Source of the DNA: a virus | Lineage: Duplodnaviria; Caudoviricetes | IMG/VR virus record: IMGVR_UViG_3300014208_000093 | Span: 1-33,871 of that record | Reading direction: 5' to 3' (one strand) | DNA length: 33,871 bases | In this document: piece by piece, positions 28,765-33,871 of the stretch | Layout: each line of letters begins with the position of its first letter | Numbering within the stretch: position 1 is the stretch's first letter | Translations under genes and position numbers: made by a program | Notes under the pieces: generated by a model | Database searches by the model: none | What the model was told of the DNA's origin: nothing | What the model saw: only the letters and a program-made list of their open reading frames with translations

Positions 28765-30321
28765 ATGAAAAGATTGTTGATTTTATTAGCCTTTTTACTT
28801 CCACTTGTTTTACAAGCTCAAACTCCTGTAAGAACTACACGGTTGACGGTAGATACTGTTTTGCTGAAATCCTTATCGGTTATTCCAGTCTCGCCTTCTA
28901 CTGGAATCAAACTGTTTGATTGGATGAATCGGGTAACGGTCAGGGATAGTACTGGGGTAAAGAAAAAGCTGTTGATAGATGTGGATTTAGCTACTTTACG
29001 GGATACTACTGGCGCCTTATATGATTCTGTTGCTTTATATGCTAAAAAAACAACAACCATTTCAACTACGGCTCCCTTAACAGGAGGAGGAGATCTTTCC
29101 ACAAACAGAACCTTTGCTATCCCAAAAGCAACTTCTACGGTTGACGGGTATCTGGCCGCAGTAGACTGGGTGATTTTCAATGCCAAACAGGGAACTTTAG
29201 TAAATGACCAATGGTACACGGCAAAAGATTATGTTGGCAACACCATTAATATCTTGAAGGTTACGAAAGATAATACTCTGATGTTTGGGCTTCCGGTCGA
29301 GATTCAGGCCCTTCATGCCGTTGCCGATGCAGGACTGATTTCCATTATTGATGTACCGATTGTTCGGGCAAATTATGGGGACACGACAGGTGTAAAGATC
29401 AAGGTTGATGGTGTTCCGATTCTCAAAGTCTATTCCCTTGCTGACGGGGCGGGGTCGAGTTACAAGCGAGAGGTAAAGGTAGAAGGTAAACTTTGGGTAC
29501 TGGACACGATTGTCGGAACTTACTCAAGGTTCACTAAACAGATTCAGGCTGATTCGATTAATGCAGTCAGTAAATACCTATTAAACGGGGTGGATATTCG
29601 TAGAACCGGAACCCTTGACACATTGGCCTATAAGGATCAGGATAACAATTTTACAGTAGGGCAAACCGTGACAGACCTGTACGCATCAGATTCGATCACG
29701 GCCAATTCGGTAAACGTAGCGGATACCCTTGTTGCTAATAATTTACGATTCCCTACCTCACCCTCAAATGGCTATTTCTGGCGATCTGATGCAAGGGGTG
29801 TAGGATCGTGGCAAGCTATTACCAATGCCTACAAAGGCACCTGGAATGCAAACACGAACACCCCGACATTGGAAGACGGAACAGGGTCAGCCGGTGACTT
29901 TTACTTCGTTTCGGTTGGCGACACCATCAACCTGGGGTCTGGGAATATCATTTTCTTAACGGGGGGAACTTGTGTTTATAACGGGTCAATCTGGGAAGCA
30001 GTCAACCCCTATCAGTCCGTTGTATCTGTAAACAGTCTGATCGGAAATGTTCAACTGGAACTTGTACCTGTTGGAGATAGCGTACTGACGATGACAGGTG
30101 GTGCGGATTCCGTGAACCTGAACCCTCCGAGGTTCTATCAAAAAGAGCTGACGGCTGATGCCGAAAATGATATACCTGTTGGGTTCCCAATAGGAAGCAA
30201 GACGAAGGTTTTTTACAACGGGACTTTAATCGAACAGGCTCGTTGGTCGGGAGTTGGGACATCTACAATTACATTGGCTTTAGATACTCGAAAATATGAT
30301 GTTGTTACAATCACTAATTAA
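28765..30321 (+). CDS. tail-fibre-like protein with N-terminal Sec signal peptide
   Basis: MKRLLILLAFLLPLVLQA|Q. Fibre motifs TTAPLTGGGDLSTNRT, DGYLAAVDWVIFNAKQ, YKGTWNANTNTPTL and VVSVN...GNV. Confidence 0.8.
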   Translation: MKRLLILLAFLLPLVLQAQTPVRTTRLTVDTVLLKSLSVIPVSPSTGIKLFDWMNRVTVRDSTGVKKKLLIDVDLATLRDTTGALYDSVALYAKKTTTISTTAPLTGGGDLSTNRTFAIPKATSTVDGYLAAVDWVIFNAKQGTLVNDQWYTAKDYVGNTINILKVTKDNTLMFGLPVEIQALHAVADAGLISIIDVPIVRANYGDTTGVKIKVDGVPILKVYSLADGAGSSYKREVKVEGKLWVLDTIVGTYSRFTKQIQADSINAVSKYLLNGVDIRRTGTLDTLAYKDQDNNFTVGQTVTDLYASDSITANSVNVADTLVANNLRFPTSPSNGYFWRSDARGVGSWQAITNAYKGTWNANTNTPTLEDGTGSAGDFYFVSVGDTINLGSGNIIFLTGGTCVYNGSIWEAVNPYQSVVSVNSLIGNVQLELVPVGDSVLTMTGGADSVNLNPPRFYQKELTADAENDIPVGFPIGSKTKVFYNGTLIEQARWSGVGTSTITLALDTRKYDVVTITN

Positions 30322-30332
30322 ATTTTATCACA

Positions 30333-30974
30333 ATGAAAAAGTTACTTGTTATTTCGATTTTGCTTGCTTTCGCTCTAATCAGCTATGGACAAGTTACAAA
30401 TGTCCCTGATGTTCGTACCCCAACACGAGCAAGCGTATTAGGTAAAAATTTACCGGTCGGTTCACACATTTACGTCAGTTCTGACTCCACGAATTGGGAT
30501 GTAAAATCCGCTACACTTGGAACCTATACGGTTACTACCGCACTTGCAGCGGGATTAATCAAACAGTCGGATCGAACTGATTTGAGTCTGGCAACCCGAA
30601 CAAGTACGACAAATATTATCAGGTCCAATTACGGTGACGGGAACCAAGGAGATAGTGTCATACTTGCTGTTGCAACGACTTCACTTGCGGGTCTGGAATC
30701 AGCAGCAGACAAGACAAAACTTGACGGACTATCAACTGGAGCTGGGCAATTATATTCTGAATCCCTTGAATATCCTGATGATTCCACCGCAGGGTCTATT
30801 ATTACAATGGACTATTCCCCGAAAGATACGCTTTGCATAGTTTTGGAATGTAATGGGCAAATACTAACCCGATCCGTGGATTATTTCTGTGCTGACGCAA
30901 TAGCAAAAAAAGAACTACTAATAAAAGACGCAGTATCGAAATACGATAAATACCATTACAGTATTTCAAAATGA
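30333..30974 (+). CDS. small fibre-associated protein with Sec signal peptide
   Basis: MKKLLVISILLAFALISYG|Q. Contains ATTSLAGLESAADKTKLDGL, a common phage fibre motif. Confidence 0.78.
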   Translation: MKKLLVISILLAFALISYGQVTNVPDVRTPTRASVLGKNLPVGSHIYVSSDSTNWDVKSATLGTYTVTTALAAGLIKQSDRTDLSLATRTSTTNIIRSNYGDGNQGDSVILAVATTSLAGLESAADKTKLDGLSTGAGQLYSESLEYPDDSTAGSIITMDYSPKDTLCIVLECNGQILTRSVDYFCADAIAKKELLIKDAVSKYDKYHYSISK

Positions 30975-33871
30975 GAAAACTTCTTATCATCTTATTTCTT
31001 TCCCTGTCAGTAACAGGTTTTTCCCAGAATACACCATCGGCTATACGTAGGGTTGCAAACAGTACAAATACGTTTGAAACTCCGCTTGCCGAAGGGTACG
31101 TATTGTATGATATGGGGTCAAATAAGATGTATAAGATTTTATCAGCAGTAGCCGGAACCTACTCGCTTTCAACCCTGACACGTGGCACTCATTACGTGGA
31201 ATTGGCAACCGTACCGGGCAATAACGAATGGATGCCCGTTTACGATGCTGTTGGGAACCTGTCTAACTTGTTGATGCTTTCGCCTGACAACACAGTCAGG
31301 TTCGCCCATCCGGTAGAATTGACAAGCCTCTTTGCGGTCGGGGATCAGGGGATGACCACGCTGATAAATATTCCGGTATTGAGCAGTCTGTACGGTACGG
31401 TTCATGGCTATCGGTTTCGGATTGACGATCAGGATATTATCAGTATGCAACGCCTGTCAGACGGATCCGGAAGTACAACGACCCCAACGGTTACGATTAG
31501 TGCACGGACAACGGTAACGGATTCGATTGTCGGGGTCAATGAAAGGCTAACGGGAAAGATCCAGGCGGCAAACGGGGCGATTACAGACAGCCTTACGGTT
31601 GTAGAACGCACATACAATGCGACAACGTGGAACGGTTCTTTTAGAGTGCCTACATCAAATGCAGTACGGGATAAGATTGAAACCCTTGCAACCACGCTGA
31701 ACCTTTCGGGGATTCGGGATACACTCGCTTTTCATTCTGATAGTCTGGCAAATGCTTACGATTCAATTACGAAGCACACGGGTTGGTATTATACTTTAAG
31801 GGACAGTGTAATTGCTGAAATGGATTCTACCGTCAAGCATACCGGATGGTTTTACACCCTTCGAGATAGTGTTGGTAACTCTATGGATTCTATTTCTAAG
31901 CATACTGGTTGGTATTATTCATTGAGGGATTCAGTTGCCAATAATATAGATTCTATCAGTAAGCACAGAGGGTGGTATTATAGCCTACGGGATTCAGTGG
32001 CTAATAATATGGATTCGATTACCAAACACTCCGGATGGTACTATTCGCTTAGGGATTCTGTTATAAATACAATGGATTCTGTGGTTAATCATACGGTTAG
32101 GTATTATCAACTACTGGATTCAATAACAAATCACCGTGACACCCTTTGGAACCATTCTGACAGGCTTGTCGCATTGGAACGAGATACCGCAGGGTATTTA
32201 ACGGTTGAAGCAGACCCAAAATTTGTGGCTGATTCCAGTAAGTTTGTAAGACTTGGAGGTAGAACCGGAGGTCAGACCATAGCACAGAAGGTAACTTTTT
32301 CATTTGATTCAACGCTTGTTTTTAATCAGGCTTACAATGCAACGACTTGGAACAATAGTAACGCTATTCCAACAAAGAATGCCTTGAGGGATCAGTTTGT
32401 AACACTTCAACCACTTCTTACCAATCCCGTAACAGGAACCGGAGTATCAGGGTATCTGTCAGAGTTTACCGGAACGAGTGCGATTGATTCAGCATTTATT
32501 TACCATGCGGGGAATGAATTTAGGATTAACACAACATCAGATGCAGGGGCATATCAACTCCAAGTTAATGGATCGGGATATTTTAACGGGAACCTGAACC
32601 TGATTACAGGCAAGGCGTTTATGATTAATGCCGACACTCTTTCAATATCAAATTCTAAGGTGTTTTCAGCCTCGACATTTCGGTCAAGACTTGCAGCAGT
32701 AGGGGATAAAACAGGTACGGGATCGGTAATGTTCGGAACCGTGCCAACGGTAACAGACTCACTACTGCTTCCACTTCGGGCATATTCAGCAACGACCTGG
32801 AACAACTCAAAAAGGGCGGTATCAGAGGATGGATTCAGGGACGTTATTGTAGGATTACAAGGTGCTTCAACCAATGATGTTTGGACAACATCAACAGATT
32901 ATATCGGTAATTCCATAAATGCTTGGAAGATCAGTAAAGACAACTTATTCACGTTAGGAGCAAAGTTTGACCTTGGGAGTTTCAATCAGGTGGCAGATGT
33001 TGGGATGGTAACGCTATCAAATACGCCTGTTGTTTCAAGCCTGTACGGAACCGCACACGGATATAGATTTCAGGTAGATGACACGGATTTGCTTTCATTT
33101 CAAAGACTATCAGATGGAGCAGGGGGAACCCATAGCCCGACCATGACAATAATGGCCAAAACGACCGTAGCGGATAGTCTGTTTGCAACAAACCTTTTGG
33201 GAACGAACACCGGGGATCAGGATTTGTCTGGTATTCGGGATACCTTAGTTTTTCATTCGGATTCGCTTACGAATATTTATAGCCGGACAACGGACGTTGC
33301 ACATGGAGGAACTGGGAAAGCCTCAATAGCATCAAATTCATACATGAAGGGAGCCGGAACCGGGGCTGTAGTAGAAAGAACCTATGCTGAGGTGAAAACC
33401 GATTTATCATTAAATAATGTTGATAATACTTCAGATGCCAATAAGCCAGTAAGTACCGCCCAACAAACAGCATTAAACCTAAAATCAAATATTGCATCTC
33501 CGACATTTACCGGATTAGTTACTGCCCCATCTACACGAGAAGGTCAATATATTCAATCGGTAGATGAATCAGTAATAGTATGTGATGGGGATTCAAGGAC
33601 TGTCGGTTATACCGGAGGAACTGCTTACCCCTATTCAGACCATTTAGGGTTAGATACGACTTACACCATTTATAATACCGCAAACGGAGGTGCTACGCTA
33701 ACCTACTATTCCGGAGTGGATTGGAAAGCTGATGTAGCCTATGCAAACGTGGACAAATACATCAATAATGTTGGGGTTCGCAATATTGTTGTGATTTGGG
33801 CAGGTATCAATGATATGTATGTTAACAATGTAAGCGAGAACGTGGCCTACCGGGGAATGAAGGCCTACTGT
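30971..33871 (+). CDS. large tail fibre/spike with Sec signal peptide, heptad-repeat stalk and SGNH/GDSL esterase domain (3'-truncated)
   Basis: Translated by hand: open for 967 codons to the window end, with an ATGA overlap with the previous gene. MRKLLIILFLSLSVTGFS|Q. Fibre motifs GTNTGDQDLSG, VAHGGTG and LNNVDNTSDANKPVSTAQQTALNLK..IASPTFTG. SGNH blocks CDGDSRT, NTANGG and WAGIND. Absent from the ORF track because it has no stop. Confidence 0.88.
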   Translation, partial: MRKLLIILFLSLSVTGFSQNTPSAIRRVANSTNTFETPLAEGYVLYDMGSNKMYKILSAVAGTYSLSTLTRGTHYVELATVPGNNEWMPVYDAVGNLSNLLMLSPDNTVRFAHPVELTSLFAVGDQGMTTLINIPVLSSLYGTVHGYRFRIDDQDIISMQRLSDGSGSTTTPTVTISARTTVTDSIVGVNERLTGKIQAANGAITDSLTVVERTYNATTWNGSFRVPTSNAVRDKIETLATTLNLSGIRDTLAFHSDSLANAYDSITKHTGWYYTLRDSVIAEMDSTVKHTGWFYTLRDSVGNSMDSISKHTGWYYSLRDSVANNIDSISKHRGWYYSLRDSVANNMDSITKHSGWYYSLRDSVINTMDSVVNHTVRYYQLLDSITNHRDTLWNHSDRLVALERDTAGYLTVEADPKFVADSSKFVRLGGRTGGQTIAQKVTFSFDSTLVFNQAYNATTWNNSNAIPTKNALRDQFVTLQPLLTNPVTGTGVSGYLSEFTGTSAIDSAFIYHAGNEFRINTTSDAGAYQLQVNGSGYFNGNLNLITGKAFMINADTLSISNSKVFSASTFRSRLAAVGDKTGTGSVMFGTVPTVTDSLLLPLRAYSATTWNNSKRAVSEDGFRDVIVGLQGASTNDVWTTSTDYIGNSINAWKISKDNLFTLGAKFDLGSFNQVADVGMVTLSNTPVVSSLYGTAHGYRFQVDDTDLLSFQRLSDGAGGTHSPTMTIMAKTTVADSLFATNLLGTNTGDQDLSGIRDTLVFHSDSLTNIYSRTTDVAHGGTGKASIASNSYMKGAGTGAVVERTYAEVKTDLSLNNVDNTSDANKPVSTAQQTALNLKSNIASPTFTGLVTAPSTREGQYIQSVDESVIVCDGDSRTVGYTGGTAYPYSDHLGLDTTYTIYNTANGGATLTYYSGVDWKADVAYANVDKYINNVGVRNIVVIWAGINDMYVNNVSENVAYRGMKAYC
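31760..32137 (+). repeat. 63-bp (21-aa) coding tandem repeat, 5 copies plus 1 degenerate copy
   Basis: Unit DSI(T/S)KH(T/R/S)GW(Y/F)Y(T/S)LRDSVxxx(M/I), with heavy synonymous divergence between copies. Confidence 0.9.

Noticed and set aside
31760-32137. 63-bp periodic repeat as a CRISPR array or DGR template/variable repeat
   Set aside because: It is an in-frame coding repeat with synonymous divergence. There are no unique spacers, no adenine-specific pattern, and no cas or reverse transcriptase gene in the window.
834-33506. Numerous antisense or alternate-frame ORFs overlapping long genes (e.g. 834-1208, 10132-10716, 23495-23917, 28818-29219, and those within 31169-33506)
   Set aside because: They are shadow ORFs of well-supported genes and have no motifs of their own.
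1-33871. Alternative genetic code or tRNA genes
   Set aside because: Genes are full length under the standard code with all three stop codons used, and no tRNA cloverleaf was recognised.

Overview
This window is the packaging and morphogenesis arm of a tailed, siphovirus-like dsDNA phage or prophage, probably infecting Bacteroidota/FCB bacteria (inferred, no host genes present). Bases 1-1565 carry small minus-strand genes with a complete type I hammerhead ribozyme at 710-784. A purine-skewed non-coding region and a NUMOD3 gene follow. The plus-strand late operon then runs terS, terL, portal, head morphogenesis protein, protease/scaffold, decoration protein and major capsid protein. An 8.7 kb glycan cassette (several glycosyltransferases, methyltransferases, FnlA/FnlC-like UDP-sugar enzymes, a sulfotransferase) is inserted before the neck and tail genes. 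The tail genes include a -1 frameshift chaperone pair and the tape measure protein. The most striking signal is in the last three genes (28765 to the window end). They encode tail-fibre-like proteins that all start with Sec signal peptides followed by Gln, and two are densely packed with the Bacteroidota O-glycosylation sequon D-(S/T)-(A/I/L/V/M/T), including a 22-heptad stalk with in-phase sequons. This suggests fibres that are exported to the periplasm and glycosylated there. All calls come from motif recognition by eye; no database searches were run.
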